DNA from: an uncultured Candidatus Babeliaceae bacterium
Lineage (GTDB): Bacteria > Babelota > Babeliae > Babelales > Babelaceae
NCBI GenBank assembly: GCA_964470345.1
Contig: CAYYBE010000006.1
Span: forward strand, 65,098 to 97,097
Direction: 5' to 3'
DNA: 32,000 nt
In this document: piece after piece, positions 1-6,829 of the stretch
Layout: every line of letters begins with the position of its first letter
Numbering within the stretch: position 1 is the stretch's first letter
Notes under the pieces: generated by a model
The model's input: only the letters and a program-made list of their open reading frames with translations
Database searches by the model: none
Told to the model about the DNA's origin: nothing
Program-made: the position numbers and the translations under genes

Positions 1-1106
1 CCAATGACCGTTGTGATATAGGGCATGTACACATGGATTATAATGCCGACAAGCCTCTTGTCGTTGCCTGTAATGAAGAGCGTGTTCAATGGAAGAGTTT
101 ATGTCCAGAGTTTGATCAAGACCTTGCACAAATTCTGTCGGCAAATAAAGGTGATTTGGTTTTTATTGATCGAAGCGCAGATGATATGAAATGGATCTTA
201 GGCTTTGATAATGATATGAGCCCGGGAGTGTATTATTTGTATGACAGAAATACGAAAAAAATAGAGTTTATTTGTTATATCAGTTCTGCCTTTCGTAATT
301 ATCAATTAGCCTCTATGGCCCCGGTAGCAATTACTGCGCGTGATGGATTGCTACTTCATGGCTATCTGACCTGTCCTCCAGAAACTCCTGCAAAGAATTT
401 GCCGCTCGTTCTTTATGTACACGGTGGTCCATGGGCGCGTGATACATGGGGATTTAACTTGATTGTTCAATGGTTTGCTAATCGTGGGTATGCCTGTTTG
501 CAGATTAATTTTCGAGGATCAACCGGATATGGAAAACAGTTTATTAATGCCGCCAACAAGCAGTGGAGCAGAAAGATGCAGGACGACCTCACTGATGCAG
601 TAAGCTGGGCGGTTAATGCGGGAATTGCTGATCCTAAGAAAGTGGCAATTTTTGGAGGATCTTATGGCGGTTACGCAGCACTCTGTGGTGCAACGGTAAC
701 GCCAGATCTGTATTGTTGTGCGATTGATCTGTGTGGCCCGGCCAACTTGATTACGCTTCTTAATTCGCTGCCTGAGACATGGGAATTAGAACGAGCGGGG
801 ATTTTCAAGGTGGTTGGTGATCCTGTAACGGAAGCTAAATTTTTGAAAGCGTGCTCGCCATTATTTAATGTCGATAAAATCAAAATTCCTATTTTTGTTG
901 CTCAAGGAGCACATGACCCTCGCGTGAAACAGGCAGAAGCTGAACAGATTGTTGCAGCATTAAAGGGTCGTGGGTTGACCTATGAATATATGTTGTTTCC
1001 CGATGAAGGACATGGGCTGGTGCGGAAAGAAAATCGCCTGAAATTTTTCGCAGCAGCCGAGAAGTTCTTGGCTCAGCATCTTGGCGGCAGGGTTGAGGAA
1101 GCTTAG
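1..1106 (+). CDS. S9-family serine peptidase (prolyl oligopeptidase / dipeptidyl-aminopeptidase / acylaminoacyl-peptidase type), 5'-truncated by the window edge
   Basis: The frame of ORF 33..1106 stays open back to nt 3, so the Met at 33 is probably internal. The C-terminal alpha/beta-hydrolase domain has HGGPWARD, the nucleophile elbow GGSYGGY, AQGAHDPRV (Asp) and PDEGHG (His). This Ser-Asp-His order is typical of family S9. Confidence 0.85.
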   Translation, partial: NDRCDIGHVHMDYNADKPLVVACNEERVQWKSLCPEFDQDLAQILSANKGDLVFIDRSADDMKWILGFDNDMSPGVYYLYDRNTKKIEFICYISSAFRNYQLASMAPVAITARDGLLLHGYLTCPPETPAKNLPLVLYVHGGPWARDTWGFNLIVQWFANRGYACLQINFRGSTGYGKQFINAANKQWSRKMQDDLTDAVSWAVNAGIADPKKVAIFGGSYGGYAALCGATVTPDLYCCAIDLCGPANLITLLNSLPETWELERAGIFKVVGDPVTEAKFLKACSPLFNVDKIKIPIFVAQGAHDPRVKQAEAEQIVAALKGRGLTYEYMLFPDEGHGLVRKENRLKFFAAAEKFLAQHLGGRVEEA

Positions 1107-1433
1107 GACTTTTCCTGTTTCGACTCTGCCTTTGACGCCAGGATTGCTGCTGCGACTATTTGCTGGAGCGTCATGGTTTTGATTGAAACGTCGCGCGGGT
1201 TACATGGCGCTTCTGAAAGCGCTATTTGGTGCGTGGCGCACTGTTTTCCGAGGGTTGCCTCGCAAAGAACTTTCTCTCGCGACCTCGAAGATATCCCGCA
1301 GCTTGCTGCGTGGGTTCTTCACTTCGCCTCCACCAGTGTGCTAATCTCACAGCAATGATGCGAAAGTTAACAAGCTTTTGGTTCGCGTAGTGCGTTCCAA
1401 CTTCTCATTTTTCATTGTTGGAAGGAACGTCAT
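1107..1433. other. Anomalously GC-rich, hairpin-rich spacer upstream of tlc (candidate structured RNA, leader or decayed gene; function unknown)
   Basis: My hand count over 1141-1320 gives about 54% G+C, against about 35% for 1441-1500 in the adjacent CDS. Short GC hairpins: GCGCTT-ctga-AAGCGC (1207-1222), GTGCG-tgg-CGCAC (1229-1241) and CGCAG-cttg-CTGCG (1297-1310). I recognised no known RNA family. Confidence 0.3.
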
Positions 1434-2852
1434 ATGACAAGTTTACGAACTTCATTTGGAGAATATACGAATCGAGTTATTCGAATTTTATGGGGAGAAA
1501 TGAGCCCTGAAGAGCTCAGAAAGTTTTGGATTTTATCGTTTACATTTTTTCTATTGATCGGCGTGTACTATTTTATCCGTTCTATGAAAGATCCTGTATT
1601 TTCTATTTTTGTTGGATATAAGTATCAGCCTTTTGCAAAGATGTTATCTCTTTTTGTGACGGTGAGTGCCGTTCTTTTCTATAACAAATTAGTTGATGTT
1701 TTTAAGCGAAATGTTCTCTTCTATCTGCTGAGCATTTTTTTTGGCGTTGGTTTTTTGCTTCTTGGCTATGCGATAGCACATCCAACGATATGTGAAGTTG
1801 GCGCAGATTCAACGTTAGGGGGCATGCTTACGTGTCTTCCAGGTAAAGCATTGGGCTGGGTTGTCTACTGCTTTATCGAGAGTTTCGGATCAATTATGCC
1901 AGCGCTCTTTCTTGCAATTATGGCAAGTACCATGACTACCGAATCTGCTAAAAAAGGGTATGGAATGGTCTACTGCTTTGCGCAGCTTGGACTTATTTTG
2001 GGAGCATGGGCAGTGGTTCAGTTTGTTGGATCGGTGGGTTTCGGCAGTATGTTTGCTCTCGGTGGAGCTTTACTTTGTTTTCTCCCATTGCTTATGAAAC
2101 GGTATACCGTTATTTGTGCAGAAATCGATGCGCAAAAACCGGTGGCGCAGCAAGCGGCTCTCGTTCAAGAAAAGCCTAAAACAGGAATATTTGAAGGTTT
2201 GCGTTTATTAGTTAAGAATCCATATATCGCCGGTTTGTTAGTGGTTACTACGATGTATGAGGTTGTTAATACCATTGTTGAGTTTCAAATGGGAATGTGT
2301 GCAAACGAAGTATACCCTGTGGCGGCAGATGGTGGTGCAGGATTTGCTTGGTTCAAAGCATGGAATGGTGTTGCTATTGGGTTTTTATCACTTTCTTTTG
2401 CGCTCGTCGGTACAAGTTTTCTTATGCGTAAATTTGGTCTTAAATTTTGTCTGGTATCGTTTCCTTCATTGATGGGTATTGTGATTGCTCTTTTGTTTGG
2501 CTTATATATCGGCGGTGCAAGTACCTATTTGCTGATGTGGGCGTTTTTTGGTGCCGTTGTCATATTCAAGGGTCTGAGCTATACCCTGAATAATCCTGCA
2601 AAAGAAGTCATGTATATTCCAACGAGCAAAGATGTAAAGTTCAAATCAAAAAGCTGGATTGACGGCTTTGGCGGAAGATCTGCAAAGGGATTAGGTGCGG
2701 TGACGACCGGATCGCTTGGAGGCAACTTTTCTCTCTTAGTGATATTTGGAACAGTTATCTCGCTTGGCATTATAGCGTTCTGGGTCTTTGTTGCTGCTTA
2801 TGTTGGTAACAAATTTAATGAACTGCAACGTGATAATAAAATTATTGAATAG
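1434..2852 (+). CDS. tlc: ATP/ADP (nucleotide) translocase, TLC/Npt family
   Basis: 472-aa polytopic membrane protein. The N-terminal block FWILSFTFFLLIGVYYFIRSMKD and the C-terminal block MYIPTSKDVKFKSKSWIDGFGGRSAKG match, from memory, the conserved blocks of rickettsial and chlamydial Tlc/Npt carriers (..NYSTLRSIKD.. and ..[29 protein letters not shown]..). SD-like GGAAGGA at 1420-1426 lies 7 nt before the ATG. Confidence 0.75.
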   Translation: MTSLRTSFGEYTNRVIRILWGEMSPEELRKFWILSFTFFLLIGVYYFIRSMKDPVFSIFVGYKYQPFAKMLSLFVTVSAVLFYNKLVDVFKRNVLFYLLSIFFGVGFLLLGYAIAHPTICEVGADSTLGGMLTCLPGKALGWVVYCFIESFGSIMPALFLAIMASTMTTESAKKGYGMVYCFAQLGLILGAWAVVQFVGSVGFGSMFALGGALLCFLPLLMKRYTVICAEIDAQKPVAQQAALVQEKPKTGIFEGLRLLVKNPYIAGLLVVTTMYEVVNTIVEFQMGMCANEVYPVAADGGAGFAWFKAWNGVAIGFLSLSFALVGTSFLMRKFGLKFCLVSFPSLMGIVIALLFGLYIGGASTYLLMWAFFGAVVIFKGLSYTLNNPAKEVMYIPTSKDVKFKSKSWIDGFGGRSAKGLGAVTTGSLGGNFSLLVIFGTVISLGIIAFWVFVAAYVGNKFNELQRDNKIIE

Positions 2853-2861
2853 AGGTAATTT

Positions 2862-3512
2862 GTGATCAAAGCAGTTATTTTTGATATGGACGGGCTTATG
2901 GTCGACAGTGAGCCGGTACACTTTAAAGCATATGAACAGGTTTTAAGTGAACTTGGTATAGCAGTTCCTGAAAGCGATTACGCAGAGCATTACGTTGGTA
3001 TTTCTGACGGTGATGCTGCACGAGATATTGTGAAACGCTATCATTTGCCGATAAGCGCCGAAGAATTACTCGTGCGTAAATCAGCGGCATTTGCACAGTT
3101 GCTTCCAGGTCACGTTGTGCCGAAAAAAGGGCTTTTTGATCTTCTTAAAAATTTGCGGCTGCATGAATATAAAACTGCAGTTGCTTCAGGAGCGATGTTG
3201 CCTGATATCGAAAAAATTGTTACAGCACTTGGATTGCAAGATTCTTTTGATACGCTTTGTTCGGCAGAGCAAGTGGCTCATGGCAAACCAGCTCCCGATT
3301 TATTTCTTTTGGCAGCGCAAAAACTGGGAGCACAGCCAGCTGAGTGTTTGGTGCTTGAAGATGCACCGGTAGGAGCGCAAGCGGCGCATGCTGCTGGCAT
3401 GAAATGTTACGCTATACCCAGCAGGGAAACAAAGGGTCGAAACTTTGTAGGTGCAGACAAAGTGCTTAATAGTCTTGATGATGTATGGAGTGCATTGGGG
3501 CAAGAGAAATAG
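2862..3512 (+). CDS. HAD-superfamily hydrolase, subfamily IA (beta-phosphoglucomutase-like phosphatase)
   Basis: GTG start 9 nt after the tlc stop, preceded by AGAGG. Motif I VIFDMDGLMVDSEP (DxDGxxxDSE), motif II AVASGA, and a C-terminal GKPAPD ... VLEDAPVGAQAAHAAGM (K and ED motifs III/IV). Confidence 0.8.
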   Translation: MIKAVIFDMDGLMVDSEPVHFKAYEQVLSELGIAVPESDYAEHYVGISDGDAARDIVKRYHLPISAEELLVRKSAAFAQLLPGHVVPKKGLFDLLKNLRLHEYKTAVASGAMLPDIEKIVTALGLQDSFDTLCSAEQVAHGKPAPDLFLLAAQKLGAQPAECLVLEDAPVGAQAAHAAGMKCYAIPSRETKGRNFVGADKVLNSLDDVWSALGQEK

Positions 3513-3536
3513 CCTAAATGTTGCAGAAAGCTCTTT

Positions 3537-4013
3537 TTAATAAAGCTTCTTTTTCTGCACATCAACTGCTTGGAATTTCTTAAAAAGTGCTAAGTTTTCT
3601 TCGTACATAAAACCGTGAACGATTTCTACCGGGCTTTTGGATAGTTGTTTAAGCTGGTCGTTAGAAATTCTCAGCTCATCAAAACCAACGTGAGCGGCAT
3701 CTTCAATTGTTGTCCCGTATACAATCTTGGAAATCTTTGCCCAATGACATGCGCTAAAGCACATTGGGCATGGTTCGCATGTTGAATAAATTGTACAGCC
3801 AGACAGATCAACCGCCTGCAATTTTTTGCAGGCGGCCCGAATCGCTGTTACTTCTGCGTGGGCAGTAATATCACATGTTTCCCACACGCGGTTATGCTCA
3901 CAGCTAATAATTTGGCTATCTTTTACGATGCAGGCACCAAATGGTGTTTGCCCGTTTTGTATTCCCTCAAGGGCTTTGTTGATAGCTTGTTGCATAAAAT
4001 AGAGTTCTTGCAT
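3537..4013 (-). CDS. guaD: CDA-fold zinc deaminase, guanine-deaminase (GuaD)-like
   Basis: TPFGACIVKD, TAHAEVTAIRAACK and STCEPCPMC (the H-A-E ... PCxxC zinc site). Over most of its length it resembles my recollection of Bacillus subtilis GuaD (PFGAVIVKDG..TAHAEVTAIRKACK..SCEPCPMC) more than TadA. Substrate is not proven. Confidence 0.6.
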   Translation of the reverse strand: MQELYFMQQAINKALEGIQNGQTPFGACIVKDSQIISCEHNRVWETCDITAHAEVTAIRAACKKLQAVDLSGCTIYSTCEPCPMCFSACHWAKISKIVYGTTIEDAAHVGFDELRISNDQLKQLSKSPVEIVHGFMYEENLALFKKFQAVDVQKKKLY

Positions 4014-4035
4014 AACCGATTCTTTCTTAGACGTA

Positions 4036-5319
4036 TTATTTCTTGAGCATTTTGTACATAATCCATCCAGCAGGGAAGCCTACTAAAAATGGGGTAAGGT
4101 ACAAGAATCGCATTGCAGTGTCGTCTCCTGCTTGGAGCCATGAGTAATAAAACAGAGCTGCAAGTGAGCACATGCCTGCACAAGTAATAAGAAGCATCAG
4201 TATGTTTTTGCGTTGTGCGTTATAGGCAATCATTGTAACCAAGACGAGTAAGATTGCAGTTCCTACGCCAAAGTTTGTGATTGAGTTCAGAATAGTAACA
4301 TGACCAATGAGTGCAACTAATGCAAAGAGTACGATGCCATGCAGAATTACTGCATTGATAGGTGTGCCATTACTTGTTCTCTTTGCCAGTAAACGAGCTC
4401 CCAAGATCGACCTTTGAGAGGAAAGTGTTGCAAGATTGGTAATGTTGGTGAGTGCTGCTCCGTAGGTGGTATTCAAAAGGCTGAGCATAATAGCGCAGGT
4501 GATAAAGAGCATAAGCGATTGTGCTGCATAGGGTGATAAGCCAAGGAAATTTGGAAATTCTCCCGAACCAAATGCTATAAGATTATCAGTTCCCATGATG
4601 TTCAGAACACCAAGGTGATAGATCGTATAGAGTACAACGGTAACACCAAAGGCGAGCAACATAACACGTGATGCTTGTGTTGAGCCACCTTTAATCATGT
4701 GGCTAATACTGCAACAGCTTTCAAATCCATAAAAACCAAAGAATGCAAGAGGAAGCGTTGCTCCTAAGCCAGCCAGGTTGCTTGCCGAATAGGTGATGCT
4801 TGGGTTCCAATAAAAAATGATAAGCCCTGCAACAATAAACAGCGGTGTAAGTTTTAAGAGCGTTACAAAGCTTTGAATTTTACTGATCAGTTCGATGCTC
4901 AGCAAGTTAAGCAGAGAAAGAAGAACAATAAATCCAGCGTAAAATAAGTAGGGATGCTGATCAAAGGCGCTGATCCCCGCTTGGCTTACCAATCTTTCTC
5001 GAATAATCACGGTAATAGTACCTGCAGTACCAAGATATCCAAGTAGGTATGCCCAGATTGATAAAAACCCTGCGGTTTCATTCAGGCCTGTTTTACAGTA
5101 CAGGTAGAAACCACCTTCACCAGGGAAGACCCGTGCAGCTTGTGCGACGATTAAAACAATCGGCAGCAATAGAATTCCAGCGAGCACCCAGCTCAAGAAA
5201 CTCATACTGCCCGCCATCACAGCCATACGCTGTGGGGCAACAAAGATAAACGATCCAACGATGATGTTAATACTCATAAGTACAGCGGAAAAAAATGAAA
5301 TCTTGCCTTGTTCGGCCAT
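4036..5319 (-). CDS. APC-superfamily amino acid / polyamine permease
   Basis: 427 aa with about 12 hydrophobic segments. N-terminal SFFSAVLMSINIIVGSFIFVAP and the later FGFYGFES block are typical of APC permeases. AAGGA lies upstream of the ATG at 5319. Confidence 0.8.
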   Translation of the reverse strand: MAEQGKISFFSAVLMSINIIVGSFIFVAPQRMAVMAGSMSFLSWVLAGILLLPIVLIVAQAARVFPGEGGFYLYCKTGLNETAGFLSIWAYLLGYLGTAGTITVIIRERLVSQAGISAFDQHPYLFYAGFIVLLSLLNLLSIELISKIQSFVTLLKLTPLFIVAGLIIFYWNPSITYSASNLAGLGATLPLAFFGFYGFESCCSISHMIKGGSTQASRVMLLAFGVTVVLYTIYHLGVLNIMGTDNLIAFGSGEFPNFLGLSPYAAQSLMLFITCAIMLSLLNTTYGAALTNITNLATLSSQRSILGARLLAKRTSNGTPINAVILHGIVLFALVALIGHVTILNSITNFGVGTAILLVLVTMIAYNAQRKNILMLLITCAGMCSLAALFYYSWLQAGDDTAMRFLYLTPFLVGFPAGWIMYKMLKK

Positions 5320-5379
5320 AATACGTCCTTTCGACGTTTTTTAGTTACGGTTAGTCCAAGCTAGAATATATCGTTTCCA

Positions 5380-5440
5380 GGGAGCTTTGGGAAGAAGGGA
5401 TAAGGGGAGCCTTTTTGGGGAGGTAGGCGGGGGAGTTGGG
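5380..5440 (+). other. Cluster of seven G3-G5 tracts (G-quadruplex-type motif on the + strand, C-rich on the - strand)
   Basis: GGG at 5380-5382, 5389-5391 and 5397-5399; GGGG at 5404-5407 and 5417-5420; GGGGG at 5429-5433; GGG at 5438-5440. Loops are 4-9 nt. The first four tracts satisfy G3+N1-7 x4. Confidence 0.4.
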
Positions 5441-5550
5441 TGCAACTCCCAAATTTCTTAGAAAAATTAGGAGTGTCGCTCCTGTTTTTAATACAAATTT
5501 GAGGATCGACACTCCTCGAATTTGCGCAAAAACTAGGAATTCGATTCCCA
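5431..5550. promoter_or_regulatory. Four tandem units of about 35 nt, each a short GGAG/CTCC-type hairpin followed by an A/T-rich spacer, plus a 10-bp long-range inverted repeat
   Basis: Hairpins: GGGAGTT/AACTCCC (5431-5437 / 5444-5450), AGGAG/CTCCT (5469-5473 / 5479-5483), GAGGA/TCCTC (5501-5505 / 5513-5517) and GGAAT/ATTCC (5536-5540 / 5544-5548). AGGAGTGTCG (5469-5478) is the exact reverse complement of CGACACTCCT (5507-5516). Palindrome TTTGCGCAAA at 5521-5530. The element lies between the divergent permease and AAA-ATPase genes. Confidence 0.4.
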
Positions 5551-5615
5551 ATTTTATATACTTACAGGTGTGGTGGTGCGAGGTCACCGTTTCTGGGTCA
5601 CAAAAAGGAGTTTTT

Positions 5616-6743
5616 ATGTTTAAGCGATATTACCAAGATCTTGGCTCGTATCTGAAGCCGAACCGGGCGCTGGTCATATTTGGCCCTCGCCGGGTTGGTA
5701 AAACAACACTCTTAGAAGAGTTTTTGAAAACAACGAAGCTCAAATATAAACTTGATACGGGTGATAATCTTAAAATTCAAAATCTTCTCGGTTCACAGGA
5801 TTTAGATCAAATTGTTGAGTATGCCCGCGGATATGATGTCATTGCCATCGATGAAGCTCAGCAAATTCCCAATATTGGTATGGGGTTGAAGATTTTAGTT
5901 GACCATGTCCCTGGCTTGTCAGTTATCGCAACCGGATCGTCATCTTTTGGTCTATTGCAACAAATTGGTGAACCGCTTACGGGAAGAAAAACGACGCTGA
6001 CGCTTTATCCGCTGTCTCAGATGGAATTGTTAAAACGATATAACAAATATGAACTACGGGAACAGCTAGAAAACTCTTTGATTTTTGGTGGGTATCCAGC
6101 TGTTGTTTCCGCAGAAACAAGAGAGGAAAAGATTAAGTTGCTCAATGAAATCGTAGACTCCTATTTGTTAAAAGATATTTTCGTTCTCGATAAAGTTAAA
6201 AAATCAGAAACACTTTTAAATTTAGTTAAGCTCTTGGCATTTCAGGTAGGTCAACTCGTTTCTCATTTTGAATTGGCGATACAGTTACAAATCGACCCAA
6301 AGACAGTAGCTCGTTATTTGGATTTGCTTGAGAAGTCATTTATCATAGTTAAGCTTGGCGGTTTTAGCAGGAATCTTCGCAATGAAATTACGAGCAAGCA
6401 TAAGTATTATTTTCTTGATTTAGGTGTACGCAATGCCGTTATTGCTCAATTTAATGATTTGCCTATGCGTCAAGACCAAGGGGCTTTGTGGGAAAATTTT
6501 GTGTTTATTGAACGACTTAAGAGCGGTGCTTATAAAGGCTTTTACGGTTGGCGCTATTTCTGGAGAACGTACCAAGGGCAGGAAGTTGATATTGTCGAAG
6601 ATATAGAAAATCAGCTGCATGGCTTTGAAGCAAAGTGGTCGACAGTAAAACGGGTGAGCGTGCCATCTGAATGGAAAGAAAAATATGCGAATTCTTCATT
6701 TACGGTTATTACCCCAGACAACTATCTTGATTATGTAACATAA
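5616..6743 (+). CDS. AAA+ ATPase with C-terminal DUF4143-type (PD-(D/E)xK-like) domain (AAA_14 family)
   Basis: I chose ATG 5616 (MFKRYYQD...), which has AAAGGAG at 5603-5609, instead of the track start at 5436. Walker A GPRRVGKTT, Walker B VIAIDEAQ, and a C-terminal QEVDIVED...FEAKWS nuclease-like motif. Confidence 0.8.
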   Translation: MFKRYYQDLGSYLKPNRALVIFGPRRVGKTTLLEEFLKTTKLKYKLDTGDNLKIQNLLGSQDLDQIVEYARGYDVIAIDEAQQIPNIGMGLKILVDHVPGLSVIATGSSSFGLLQQIGEPLTGRKTTLTLYPLSQMELLKRYNKYELREQLENSLIFGGYPAVVSAETREEKIKLLNEIVDSYLLKDIFVLDKVKKSETLLNLVKLLAFQVGQLVSHFELAIQLQIDPKTVARYLDLLEKSFIIVKLGGFSRNLRNEITSKHKYYFLDLGVRNAVIAQFNDLPMRQDQGALWENFVFIERLKSGAYKGFYGWRYFWRTYQGQEVDIVEDIENQLHGFEAKWSTVKRVSVPSEWKEKYANSSFTVITPDNYLDYVT

Positions 6744-6829
6744 TGGCAAGTGCGAGATCTCCACTTTCAGTAGAAGTCTGGTAATCTATACATACACAAG
6801 ATTTCGATATTAATACTTGGGGGGACTCT

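Noticed and set aside
671-883. Many 60-160-aa ORFs in the supplied track lie inside or antisense to longer CDSs. Examples: 671-883, 2257-2472, 2579-2921, 3091-3503, 3858-4183, 5049-5249, 6420-6699, 6854-7039, 7380-7945, 8080-8376, 8639-9161, 9516-10081, 11349-12103, 13810-14628, 15179-15956, 16277-17079, 17133-17375, 17662-17844, 18258-18876, 19015-19577, 19726-20151, 20826-21224, 21580-23321, 23694-24872, 25107-25457, 26031-26421, 26767-27048, 27685-28047, 28876-29768, 29832-30029, 30179-30806 and 31213-31452.
   Set aside because: Each is fully or largely overlapped by a longer ORF with clear family motifs or better start context. Their sequences are low-complexity or Cys/Arg/Leu-rich, as expected of out-of-frame translation, and none has a recognisable domain.
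1106-1322. Possible RNase P RNA on the - strand: GGAAAAGTCC (complement of 1106-1115) resembles CR-I GAGGAAAGUCC, and AGAACCCA (complement of about 1311-1318) resembles the CR-V region.
   Set aside because: The two elements are in the wrong 5'-3' order for RNase P RNA, and each match is imperfect. I also saw no SRP-RNA domain IV motif (GGAAGCAGCC) on either strand.
1095-1340. Possible tmRNA: TTCGAC near 1121-1126 resembles the tmRNA 5' region, and CTCCACCA at 1328-1335 resembles a tRNA-like 3' end.
   Set aside because: No T-arm can be formed upstream of the CCA-like end, because GTGGG has no CCCAC partner. No acceptor stem complement exists at the 5' side. The span of about 240 nt is too short, and no alanine-rich tag reading frame is visible.
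5431-5550. CRISPR-like array or tRNA-like element. The regular spacing of about 35 nt suggested an array, and GGAATTCGATTCC at 5536-5548 superficially resembles a T-loop.
   Set aside because: The repeat units are not identical, with only a loose GGAG/CTCC hairpin theme. There are only four, they are too short for CRISPR repeats, and no cas genes are present. The T-loop-like hairpin has a 3-nt loop, and no cloverleaf can be drawn.
5436-5615. N-terminal 60-residue extension of the AAA/DUF4143 ORF as drawn in the track, and the antisense ORF 5351-5587.
   Set aside because: The extension runs through the G-tract and hairpin repeat region and has no SD. ATG 5616 has AAAGGAG upstream and gives a normal distance to the Walker A motif. 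The antisense ORF covers the same repeat region and has no supporting features.
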